This document shows positions 1 to 9,045 of a stretch of 10,384 nucleotides of DNA, piece by piece. Numbering within the stretch: the stretch's first letter is position 1; each line of letters begins with the position of its first letter. The notes beneath the pieces are model-generated. The model ran no database searches. It had not been told where the DNA came from and worked only from the letters and a program-made list of their open reading frames with translations. A program made the translations under genes and the position numbers. Origin of the DNA: Octopus sinensis (Eukaryota); assembly GCF_006345805.1 (NCBI RefSeq), contig NW_021827396.1, forward strand, positions 1 to 10,384, written 5' to 3'.

Positions 1-310
1 CGTGGGCCGCCGGTAGGAACAAAAAAAGAAAAAACAAGCAGAGTTAGCATCAAGCAGTGATATGATGTAGAGAAGCGTTTGTGACATTTTTTAACTTCTA
101 AAGACAAAATCACCTCAGATCTTGTGGGGAAAAATTTTCTCTTACGGTAAAAGGTGTAAAACCTAAATATCTGCCAAGTGCCTCCCACCCTAGCGGATTC
201 CCAGGTGGCCGTTTCTGGCTCTTTAAACTTGCAGAATGGGAAATTACTGGATGGGTAAGCACCAAGCAGTAATTAGGAATAATCACTGCTTGGTGCTGGA
301 ACTGTTATCG

Positions 311-464
311 TTACGTGCTAAGATCAAATCCTGTCTAGGTCGCGCCTAACTTTCATCCTTCCGAGATCGATAAATGAAGTACCGGTTGAATCCTCGCTTC
401 GATGCAATCGATTTACCCACCTCCCTCAAACTTGCTGGCCTTGTGCCAAAATTTGAAACCAATA
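311..464 (+). mobile_element. 5'-truncated/decayed tRNA-derived SINE with a MetaSINE-like central domain
   Basis: Degenerate B-box (AAGATCAAATCC, 320-331), then CTTTCATCCTTCCGAGATCGATAAATGAAGTACC (350-383), which resembles the Meta domain (TTCCATCCTTCCGAGGTCGGTAAAATGAGTACC, from memory), then a 3' end CTTGCTGGCCTTGTGCCAAAATTTGAAACCAAT that I recall from an abundant octopus SINE. The family name comes from recall, not from a database search. Confidence 0.75.
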
Positions 465-789
465 TTTTCTATAAACCCCAAAACTGATTGTTTTCAGTGT
501 TGTTGTCATTAGACATGGCTGTCTCTGTTAATCCAACATGGCGCCCTGCCGTTGAAGGACGTTTATTTGATGAGTTTACGATCGAAGTAAGAAGTAAATT
601 GATGTGGTGCAGGTTTCGATGATGAGTTTTCTACTTGCCTGCTCATGAGAACAACGAAATCAATGAATAATACTGTAAGTGGCTGAGTATACGTAGGTCC
701 TTAGACATTTGTTTATTTCACATCAACGTCAGTGACTCTGCTTTTAATGACGTCTGTGTACCAAGATTGGTTCCTTTAATTACACCTTC

Positions 790-981
790 AGTCTCTCTGT
801 CTCTCCTTCTCTCTGTCTCTCTCTCTCTCCCGCTCTCCATCTCTGTCTCTTTGACGACTCTGTATCTCTGTCTCCCTCCCTGTCTGTCTTTCTCTCTGGC
901 CCTCTCTCCGTCAGTGTTTCGGCCCCACATTTGACTCTCCCTCTCTCCAAATCTCTCAATCTATCTATCTATCTATCTATC

Positions 982-1029
<48 letters not shown>

Positions 1030-1149
1030 ACTATATACGTATGTATGTATAGTATATATATACGTGTGTGTGTGTATAGTATATATATACGTGTGTGTGT
1101 GTGTACATATATAATACATATATATGTATATGTATGTATTTATAAGTAT

Positions 1150-1183
<34 letters not shown>

Positions 1184-1490
1184 CGTATGTATATACATAC
1201 ATGTATCTATCTATATGTATATAGATGTATGTTTATATATATGTATATATATGCATATATGTGTATGTGTATATATATATATATATTATATATATATATA
1301 TATATTGTAAAAACGGTAAGATAACAAAAGAAAGAAAAATACCTCAATATTATGTAAATATATATATATATATGTATGTCTATATATACACATCCACATT
1401 TAAATATGTGCATTTGTAGTGTATGTGTGTGTGGAGAGAGGGAGAATGTCTGAGAGAGCGGGAGAGAAAGATGAACGGAGAGAGAGAGAT
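790..1490. repeat. Compound microsatellite block: CT/CTGT-rich, (TCTA)n, (TA)/(TG)/(TATG)n, (GA)n
   Basis: Directly visible tandem short units, e.g. (ATCT)n at ~957-1030 and TA runs at ~1145-1305. They explain the ORFs 718-930, 931-1161, 1124-1324, 1207-1554 and 1225-1419. Confidence 0.95.
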
Positions 1491-1769
1491 GGAAAGACTG
1501 TGTTCTGTAATGGAGGTGCCAGAGATCGAAAGTAATGTGGCGTAAATGGAGCAATGGAACATCGGTTGGTGAAAGAGAGACAGAGGGAGAGCGAGAGGGG
1601 GAAAAGATATAGTGTGTGTGTGGTGTGTGTGTGTGTGTGTGTGTTGGAATGAGATTGAAGAATTTAAAAGAAGCGATTGGAGATTGGAAAAAAGCGGCGC
1701 TGGGACACTGAGTAATGGCAATATAACGGTAGAGGAATTAAGTTAAATGATGCAGATGATTGATACAGA

Positions 1770-1783
1770 GACTGACTGACTGA

Positions 1784-1815
<32 letters not shown>

Positions 1816-1925
1816 GTGACCTACAGACAGACAAGCGGACAGGTAGTCAGACACACAGACAGACAGATCGCCCACCATCCTCAGACGGTTTCCACATACA
1901 CATAGAGACACATACACACACACAC
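1770..1925. repeat. (GACT)5-(GGCT)6 followed by (CAGA)n and (CA)n
   Basis: Visible tetranucleotide and dinucleotide runs. Confidence 0.9.
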
Positions 1926-1994
1926 ATTCCTGTGACCACCCCACTCCACACATTTTCATAGTTTTTACTTACACATATTGTATATGTAAGTGCA

Positions 1995-2378
1995 TGTGTG
2001 TGTGTTGTGTGTGTGTTTGTGTGTGCGTGTGTGTGTGTGTGTGTGTATGTACTGGTAGCAACCCATACAAACTCGTCTTTTAATAAATGCAGTTACACCC
2101 TATTTTACAGTATTGAGTACTTATTACATAATATTGCAAAAGAAGCAGTGAACCCAAGATTACACATACACGCACAAACACACACGCACACGTATATATT
2201 ATAACACATAAACAAATATATACATCTCTGCATATACTAATAAATACAAGCGCTTATATGTATGGTGTACATCTGTATATATGTACATACATATATATAT
2301 ATACATGCATATATATATATATATATATATACATGCATATATATATATACATATATATATGTATGTATATATACATAC

Positions 2379-2421
<43 letters not shown>

Positions 2422-2488
2422 CACACACCATATATATATGTGTGTGTATGTATGTATATATATATGCATACATACATATATAATATAG

Positions 2489-2531
<43 letters not shown>

Positions 2532-2695
2532 CATACACACATATGTATATATTATACATACATATATGCATACATACATATATATAATATATATATATAT
2601 ATATCAAATATATGTATGTATATATATATATTATATGTTGTGCATCTGATGCAACTGGGTGTGTATGTTTGTGTTTGTGTGTGTGTGTGTGCGAG
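1995..2695. repeat. (TG)n and long imperfect (TA)/(CA)/(TATG)n microsatellite
   Basis: Visible repeats, with a short non-repetitive island at ~2050-2160. They generate the stacked I/Y/C/V ORFs between 1998 and 2649. Confidence 0.95.
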
Positions 2696-2904
2696 CGCGG
2701 TCAGTGTAGAACGTAACCCGTTAACCTTTCCTGCACCTGCTCCTCTTCAGATAATTTATCAGCCACTTAGCTGAGTCTATTACGGTCAGCTTGCTACTAA
2801 TGACGGCAAACATAGAAACGTATCATATCTTGGTTTGATTTATAAGATCGGAATTAACCTCCACAATATCGAGGAATTATGAATTAACGTCTAACAGTGA
2901 ACCA

Positions 2905-2922
2905 GACGCACACAGACACACA

Positions 2923-2966
<44 letters not shown>

Positions 2967-3084
2967 ACACACACGCACACACACACACTTACACATACAC
3001 ACAGATTCACGGAGAGAAGATACATTAGATGCATATCACCAACCGTTTCACACACTCACACTCATACACACACACACACACACA

Positions 3085-3118
<34 letters not shown>

Positions 3119-3320
3119 GAGTAGAAGACATATTAGACACACACACGCACACATATATACATCAATATGTACCCATACATACACGCACATACATATTTAC
3201 GTACACATGCATATATCATACATATACACTTATGCACACATTTATACACATGCACACACACTCAAACACCACACACACACACACACACACACACGCACGC
3301 ACGCACGCACACACACACAT
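2905..3320. repeat. Long imperfect (CA)n / (CACG)n microsatellite
   Basis: Visible alternating purine-pyrimidine runs. Confidence 0.95.
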
Positions 3321-3464
3321 AATTATTTTCGGCTATCGTCCAACAGTTGCTGTCTCTTATTTCTGAAGAAATTCGCATTGTCAAGTTGTCCTGAAACTAT
3401 TATTCCAAGGTAGACATCGCCTTTTAAATTGTACCAGATACCTTCTTGATGTTTGAGTCCCTTT

Positions 3465-3497
3465 GTGGTGGTGGTGGTGGTGGTGGTGGTGGTGGTG
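3465..3497. repeat. (TGG)11 trinucleotide repeat
   Basis: Pure TGG run embedded in unique-looking sequence. Confidence 0.95.
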
Positions 3498-3786
3498 CGT
3501 CCTTCTGGTATACCTGCAGACGGCCATATTTCCTTAGAGAACGATTAAACAAATCCTGTTATTTCACGCTTGACATCCTCTGGAGCTTTCTCTTTGCTTC
3601 CTTAATCCACATTAATCGAGATTAATATGGATTAATCTAGATGGTATGGAAGATGTTTGTCTATATATTGTGTCGATGTGACCAGCGCTGGACGACGGTC
3701 AGCAAACGTGACGTCCGTTGCCAACCAAATATCAAATGGACTTCCTACAGACTCTCTGCCTCCCAATGAGTCTCGATATAATAATC

Positions 3787-3830
3787 TGACCGATTAGAAA
3801 GAGCAGCGAAATCGACCTCAAACCATTCAT
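3787..3830 (+). mobile_element. Short fragment of a dispersed (probably SINE) family also found at 5198-5375
   Basis: 3794-3825 (TTAGAAAGAGCAGCGAAATCGACCTCAAACCA) matches the reverse complement of 5325-5356 at 27 of 32 positions. Confidence 0.7.
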
Positions 3831-3879
3831 TACCAAGAAATTACACCATGGAACAGATATTTCAGTCATCTGGATACCT

Positions 3880-4380
3880 AAAGGACACACAGACGCATAC
3901 ATACAGACAAAACACAGAAACATACACACAGGAAAACACACACACAGGCACACGCACAAACACACACATAAACTCAGAAAACTGTTGGTTGCAGGTTAGT
4001 TCGAACAGACTAACACCACCGCCACCACCATCACCACATCGCCACCACCATCACCACATCGCCACCATTACCACCACTACCACCACCAGTACACCATCAC
4101 CGTCACCCACCAGGCACCGGCGCCGCCTCCACTACCGCCCTAACCTTTTTATCACCACCACCACCTTTATCACCCTCACCACTCCCACCACCACTAACAC
4201 CATCATCGCCGCCATGGCTACAGATGTTACGCCGTCATCGCCGCCGCCGCCTCCACCAAGGGTAGCAGCCGCAGTACCGAAACCACCTCCTCCCCAACTA
4301 CCTCTGCCACCAACACCATCACCATCATCACCACTACCGCCACCATAACAACATCAAACACAACAAACCCCCAATAACAA
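3880..4380. repeat. Degenerate (CA)n followed by imperfect (CAC/CCA/CCG)n trinucleotide tract
   Basis: Visible repeats that account for the poly-P/H/T ORF 3848-4348. Confidence 0.9.
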
Positions 4381-4549
4381 TCAGTGTTAATTGAAGATGA
4401 TGTCCCACCTGTCCGTGCTTATCTTCGCTGACCTCAGTTCAATGTAGTCCAAGATGAACTTAACCACATCGTGATCACTGGAATGAGGAGGTCTACAAAG
4501 TGTAAGGGTGACACTATCCGTTCCTCAACAAATTATCATAAAGTGATCG

Positions 4550-4707
4550 GCGTCAATTGGCAGTCACGTGACCAACGGTCAACGTCAGTCACATGATCAA
4601 TGATATTTGGGAGTCACATGATCAACACTGCGTCATTTTCATGGTGAATTTCAGTGTCTCTGCCCAGATTTGCGATTGGCTACTTCCGACCTAAAAGCGC
4701 CATGTTG
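4550..4707. promoter_or_regulatory. Candidate cis-regulatory module: 3 E-boxes (CLEAR/M-box type), CCAAT x2, CRE half-sites x3, ETS, YY1
   Basis: GTCACGTGAC at 4563-4572; GTCACATGA at 4588 and 4613; ATTGG at 4556-4560 and 4675-4679; CGTCA at 4551, 4583 and 4631; ACTTCCG at 4682-4688; GCGCCATGTTG at 4697-4707. The motifs are seen directly, but function is inferred. Confidence 0.4.
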
Positions 4708-4815
4708 AATAATGATACAATGAGAGTTGTGATGTTGTTGATCTTGATTATGTTGATGGTGATGATGGTGGTTATGATGGCGGTTACGATGGTGATTATG
4801 ATGGTGGTGATGTCA
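4700..4815. repeat. Imperfect (GAT/GGT/GTT)n trinucleotide tract
   Basis: Visible. It resumes at 5145-5195 on the other side of the SINE. Confidence 0.9.
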
Positions 4816-4819
4816 ATAA

Positions 4820-5141
4820 AGACGCATGGCTCAGTGTTTAGAGCGTCGAGCTTACGATCGTGAGGTTGTGAGTTCGAATTCCGGACCGGGCTGCGTGTTG
4901 TGTTCTTGAGTAAGACACTTGCCTCAGTCCACTCAGCTGTAAAAATGAGTTGCGACGTCACAGGTGCCAAGCTGCATCGGCCCCTTTGCCTTTCCCTTGG
5001 ATAACATTAGTGGCGTGGAGAGGGGTTGCTGGTATGCGTGAGTGACTGCTGGTCTTCCATAAACAACTTTGGTCGGACTTGTGCCTAGGAGGGTAACTTC
5101 CTAGGTGCAATCCCATGGTCAGTCATGAGCGAGGGGGTCTC
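4820..5141 (+). mobile_element. Near full-length tRNA-derived CORE-type SINE (octopus OR-like)
   Basis: Pol III A-box TGGCTCAGTGTTTAG (4827-4841) and B-box GAGTTCGAATTCC (4870-4882). A CORE-like segment TGTGTTCTTGAGTAAGACACTT-GCCTCAGTCCACTCAGCTGTAAAAATG (4898-4947) resembles the MIR CORE consensus with a short internal deletion. A 3' stem-loop pairs CCTAGGA (5084-5090) with TCCTAGG (5099-5105). Octopus OR1/OR2 SINEs are known CORE-SINEs; the exact subfamily is not determined. Confidence 0.9.
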
Positions 5142-5197
5142 AGCAGTAATGATGATGTTGATGATGTTGATGATGCTGGTGGTGGTGATGTTATTCC

Positions 5198-5375
5198 TCG
5201 ACCCCAGTTCTGCATTGATTAAGCGCATATATGATTGAAAGAAATCCATCCGTGACAATTATCCTCTATACGGAAACTTTGTTCCGCATTGTCCAAAAGT
5301 CCCGTCTCTTGAGACGACAGGGTGTGGTTTGAGGACAAATTGGCTGCTATTTCTAAGCAATCGAGCGAACACCGA
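5198..5375 (-). mobile_element. Decayed copy of a dispersed SINE-like family whose (AAC/ATC/ACC)n tail lies to its left
   Basis: Shares CATCCGTGAC (5247-5256) with 9460-9469 and a 27/32 match with 3794-3825 on the opposite strand. It abuts the trinucleotide tract at 5145-5195, as a minus-strand tail would. Confidence 0.7.
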
Positions 5376-5399
5376 AGAATTCCATCATTGAGTCGCAAT

Positions 5400-5595
5400 G
5401 GTAGTGTTAAATGGCAGTCGCAGAAGTAGCGGTGGCGGTGGCAGTAGTGATGGTCCTGGTTGTAACGGTGATGGCGGTGATGCTGGTGATAAGGAAGTTG
5501 GTGATGGTATTAGTTTGTGCTTGATTGCGGTGTTGTTGTTGTTGTTGTTATTAGTGGTGGCGGTGGTGGTGGTGGTGGTGGTGGTGGTGGTATAA
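5400..5595. repeat. Imperfect (GGT/GAT/GTT)n tract
   Basis: Visible; explains the poly-G/L/V ORF 5398-5595. Confidence 0.9.
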
Positions 5596-5717
5596 TGGCT
5601 TTGCCTGGCTGTGCATCGCCACCCACTCCCGCATCCCCGTCAGCATCTCCCTTCTGTTGCCTCATCTAATTTCAATTGATTTATTACCTAAGACTGTATT
5701 CGCAGTTACGTCTTAAG

Positions 5718-5809
5718 TAGAGAGAGAGAGAAAAGGAAGAGAAAGACAGAGAGGGAGGGAGAAAGAGAGGGAAAGAGAGGGAGAGGAAATAGAAGAGAGA
5801 GAGACAGAA

Positions 5810-5843
<34 letters not shown>

Positions 5844-6136
5844 AGAAAGACTGATAGAGAGAAAGAGAGAGATAAGCCCAAGGATAGTGGAGTGAAAGAG
5901 AAAGAAATGTATTACGTAATATACTGTACACATACGTACTATATGTTTGTATATATAAATGTGTATATATATGTATATATACATATATATATGTTATATA
6001 TTGTGTATATATGTATATATATGTATATATATGTATATATATGTATATATATATACATATTATATAATATATATATATAATATATATATATATATAATAT
6101 ATATACATATATATATGCGTGTGTGCGTGTGTGTGT
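5718..6136. repeat. (GA)-rich, (TG)n and (TA)/(TATG)n microsatellites
   Basis: Visible tandem short units. Confidence 0.95.
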
Positions 6137-6140
6137 ATCT

Positions 6141-6244
6141 TGGTACTCTGTTGGTTACGACGATGAGGTTCCTGTTGATCCGGTCAACGGAACAGCCTGC
6201 TCGTGAACTTAACGTGCAAATGGCTGAGCACTCCACAGACACGT
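6141..6244 (+). mobile_element. Internal fragment of an abundant octopus dispersed repeat (SINE body)
   Basis: TGGTACTCTGTTGGTTACGACGATGAGG...GTTGATCCGGTCAACGGAACAGCCTGCTCGTGAACTTAACGTGCAAATGGCTGAGCACTCCACAGACACG closely resembles an octopus repeat body I recall. There is no second copy in this window to confirm it. Confidence 0.6.
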
Positions 6245-6304
6245 ATATGTATATAATGTAATATATATTTACGTATGATTATATGCATATTTCCATGGGC
6301 CCAA

Positions 6305-6817
6305 TTATTTTCTCTGCCCATTATTCCTAGGAGGGCCTTGAGGATAGAGTCCTAAAGCCCCTCCTCCATAGGATCATGTCAAAAGCAACCGTTATTACAC
6401 CTTCTGGCGTCACCAAGTAACTTTTATAGATGTTATCCAACCATATCATTCTTAGTGTACCACCAAGTCTTTTGGCGATTGGCTTAGCTTAAAGAATCCG
6501 TCTGCAATCCTGTAGGACCGGAGTTGTGGCTTCTCAATGCAGAAAAGTAGTGATTAGAGAGACTCCTTGATCTCCGTGTTAGGCAGGCTGTCGAGTCACA
6601 AGATCATTCGCCTGAACCCTATTTCGACTGCTTCTCTTCGCGATCGTACTCTTTCGGACAGCATTCAACATTCATGAACATAGGTGAAGATATGCACGAA
6701 AACCGAGATGGAGATAGATAGTCGGGTTATTTAGCCGACCTATCTTCCTGTGAGGATAGAACGCTGAACCTGGCATATTACTGTTCTAGCATCTGCGATT
6801 CTAGCATCAAATTCGTA
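6305..6817 (-). mobile_element. Decayed 3' fragment of an RTE-clade non-LTR retrotransposon (Rex3/Expander-like RT C-terminus), pseudogenised
   Basis: Manual minus-strand translation from 6817 gives YEFDARIADARTVICQVQRSILTGR*VG*ITRLSISISVFVHIFTYVHEC*MLSERVRSRREAVEIGFRRMIL*LDSLPNTEIKESL*SLLFCIEKPQLRSY, then after one frameshift near 6473 KRLGGTLRMIWLDNIYKSYLVTPEGVITVAFDMILWRRGFRTLSSRPS* (stop at 6327-6329). This is colinear with RTE/Rex3 motifs recalled as EIDRRIG, SIYVPTLTYGHELWVMTERTRSRIQAAEMSFLRR, LLLHIERSQLRW, RPRGRPRTRW and WASLLRLLPPRP. Confidence 0.9.
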
Positions 6818-6921
6818 CAATGTATATATGCTGAAAAGGAAAATAAATTGAAGGTAGAAGAGTTTTACATCCTCCATACTTGATCGAATGTCAGCAACTG
6901 ATAGGGAACCCAAAGCAACAT

Positions 6922-7105
<184 letters not shown>

Positions 7106-7239
7106 CACACATATATGACAACGTGAGAATGTGTGTGAATCAAGCTGAAACAATATCGACAGCTAAAAGAGTTGCATAAAAAGAAAGCATTAAAGGGCAA
7201 CACGTAGGAAAATAGACATTGCATACGCAGACGCCCACA

Positions 7240-7522
7240 TGCTCAGACACACACACACGCCAACAGAAAGACGCCCACACATAAACACACAAACGCACAC
7301 ACACATGCACACATGCACACACATACACGCATACATATTCATATGCTGGTGTGTGTGTGCGTGTTGTATGCGTGTTCATCCGCAATAGCATACGTCACAT
7401 AACGCGTGCATGTTTGAAATTTTCGTGCAAAAGATTGCTTCAGAGAAAATGGCGTTGTGTGTGTAGCGGGGTATACATGTGTGTGTATGCATGTATGTAT
7501 ATATATATATATATATATATTA

Positions 7523-7556
<34 letters not shown>

Positions 7557-7865
7557 TACACATATATATATATGTATGTACGTATTATTCATACAAACAA
7601 ATAATATGCATGTATGTATATATTATATAATATATATATATATATATACACTCACACATATACATATGTGTGTATGTGTGTGTGTGTTTTTGATAGATAA
7701 ATAGATAAAGAGATAAGGAAACAGATTAATACATTTAGAAATAGTACATATGTGTGTGTGTGTATATCTACGTTTATATATATATATTATATATATATAT
7801 ATATATATACATACATACACACACCATATATATATTATAGATATATATATAAATATATAAATATA

Positions 7866-7896
<31 letters not shown>

Positions 7897-8050
7897 TATA
7901 TATATATATATATATATAAATATATAATATATATATATATATATATACAACACACACATATATATATGGAGAGAGTGGAAAAGAGGGAGAATGCTGGAGA
8001 GAGAGACAGAGAGAGGTAAGGCGAGAGTGGAAGAAGATAGAAGTAGAAAG
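7240..8050. repeat. (CA)n, (TG)n, long (TA)n and (GA)-rich microsatellites
   Basis: Visible, with a small unique island at ~7370-7460. Confidence 0.9.
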
Positions 8051-8077
8051 GGAAGCCATGATAGTTAAGCTTAAAGA

Positions 8078-8218
8078 AAAGAAGAAGAAGAAGAAGAAGA
8101 AGAAGAAGAAGAGAAGAAGAAGAAGAGAAGAAGAAGAAGAAGAAGAAGAAGAAGAAGAGAAGAAGAAGAGGAAGAAGAAGAAGGAGAAGAAGAAGAAGAA
8201 GAAGGAGGAGAAGAAGAC
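8078..8218. repeat. (GAA)n polypurine tract
   Basis: About 140 bp of purines on the + strand, built mostly from GAA units with GA/GAG interruptions. Confidence 0.95.
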
Positions 8219-8479
8219 AAAAGTCAAACAGACGTAACGGTCAAACCGACAGATTTGATTTATGCTAATTGTCTTGATTTTAATTAAAAGAAAAACCTTG
8301 TTCGATCGATTGCATTAGAGACAACAATTACTGTAGAGTTTTGCAGTAATTAGAATGAATCTGTCGAATAATGAACATTTCGCTGCCCTCATCCTGCCGA
8401 CTACTGTGTTATTGTATCGTTTCTGGTGGTTCTGCCGACGATCCAATATGGCGGCGGGACGGGTTTCTATTTTGGCATT

Positions 8480-9045
8480 TCGTTGTTGTTATTGTTGTTT
8501 TTGTGGTTATTGTTTTTGTTGTTGTTGTTTTTGATGGTAATGGTGATGATGATGAAGATGATGATGGCGGTGATGGTGATGGTGATGATGATGGTAGTGA
8601 TGATGATGATGATGATGGTGGTGATGGTGATGATGATGGTGATGATGATGATGGTGATGATGATGGTGGTGATGATGATGATGATGGTGGTGATGGTGAT
8701 GGTGATGGTAGTGATGGTGATGGTAGCGATGATGATGATGATGATTAAGAGGAGGAAGAGGAGGAGTAAGCTGGCGGAGGGGAATGACGATGGCTACGTT
8801 GTTATCATTGATGGTGTTTGTATTATTGTTGCAGTCGTTTGTTACTGCTGCTGCTGCTGCTGATGCTGATGATGATCATTGCGATGGCGACGACGATGAG
8901 GATGTGGATAAGGGGTGTCTATCATTTTAGGCAGTGATGATGAGTCGATGATGATGATGATGCTGGTTTCCTTATCGCTGCTCTTCTCCTTATTGCTGTT
9001 CTTATTGCTACCGCTGTTGTTGTTGTTGTTGTTGTTGTTTTGTAG
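8480..9045. repeat. (GTT)n, long (GAT/GGT)n, (GCT)n and (GTT)n tracts
   Basis: Visible; explains the poly-D and poly-M ORFs 8371-8748 and 8426-8863. Confidence 0.95.

Noticed and set aside
146-674. Candidate micro-exons: minus strand ending at the GTAAG donor near 145, and plus strand 613-674 before GTAAGT
   Set aside because: Weak or absent polypyrimidine tracts, unrecognisable peptides, and such splice-like words are expected by chance.
1675-1687. Tandem reverse CCAAT boxes (GATTGG x2)
   Set aside because: Short isolated motifs without a supporting cluster.
3848-4348. 166-aa Pro/His/Thr-rich ORF
   Set aside because: Derived from degenerate CA and CAC/CCG repeats; no recognisable domain.
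4562-4625. CRISPR-like repeat-spacer appearance
   Set aside because: The repeats (14 bp) and spacers (11 bp) are far too short, there are only three units, the context is eukaryotic and no cas genes are present.
4820-4900. Possible tRNA-Val(TAC) gene (loop CTTACGA)
   Set aside because: The stems pair poorly and the sequence continues straight into a CORE-like SINE body, so it is a SINE head rather than a tRNA gene.
5084-6335. CCTAGGAGGG shared by the CORE-SINE 3' region (5084-5093) and the RTE 3' end (6326-6335), suggesting a SINE-LINE partner tail
   Set aside because: The 10-mer is in opposite orientation relative to the two elements' sense strands, so it does not indicate a shared 3' end.
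8371-8863. Asp/Gly-rich ORF (8371-8748) resembling molluscan acidic shell-matrix proteins, and the overlapping poly-Met ORF
   Set aside because: Both are readings of (GTT)n and (GAT/GGT)n microsatellites of the kind seen elsewhere in the window (4700, 5150, 5400). The hydrophobic stretch is just (GTT)n, and there is no splice or domain evidence.
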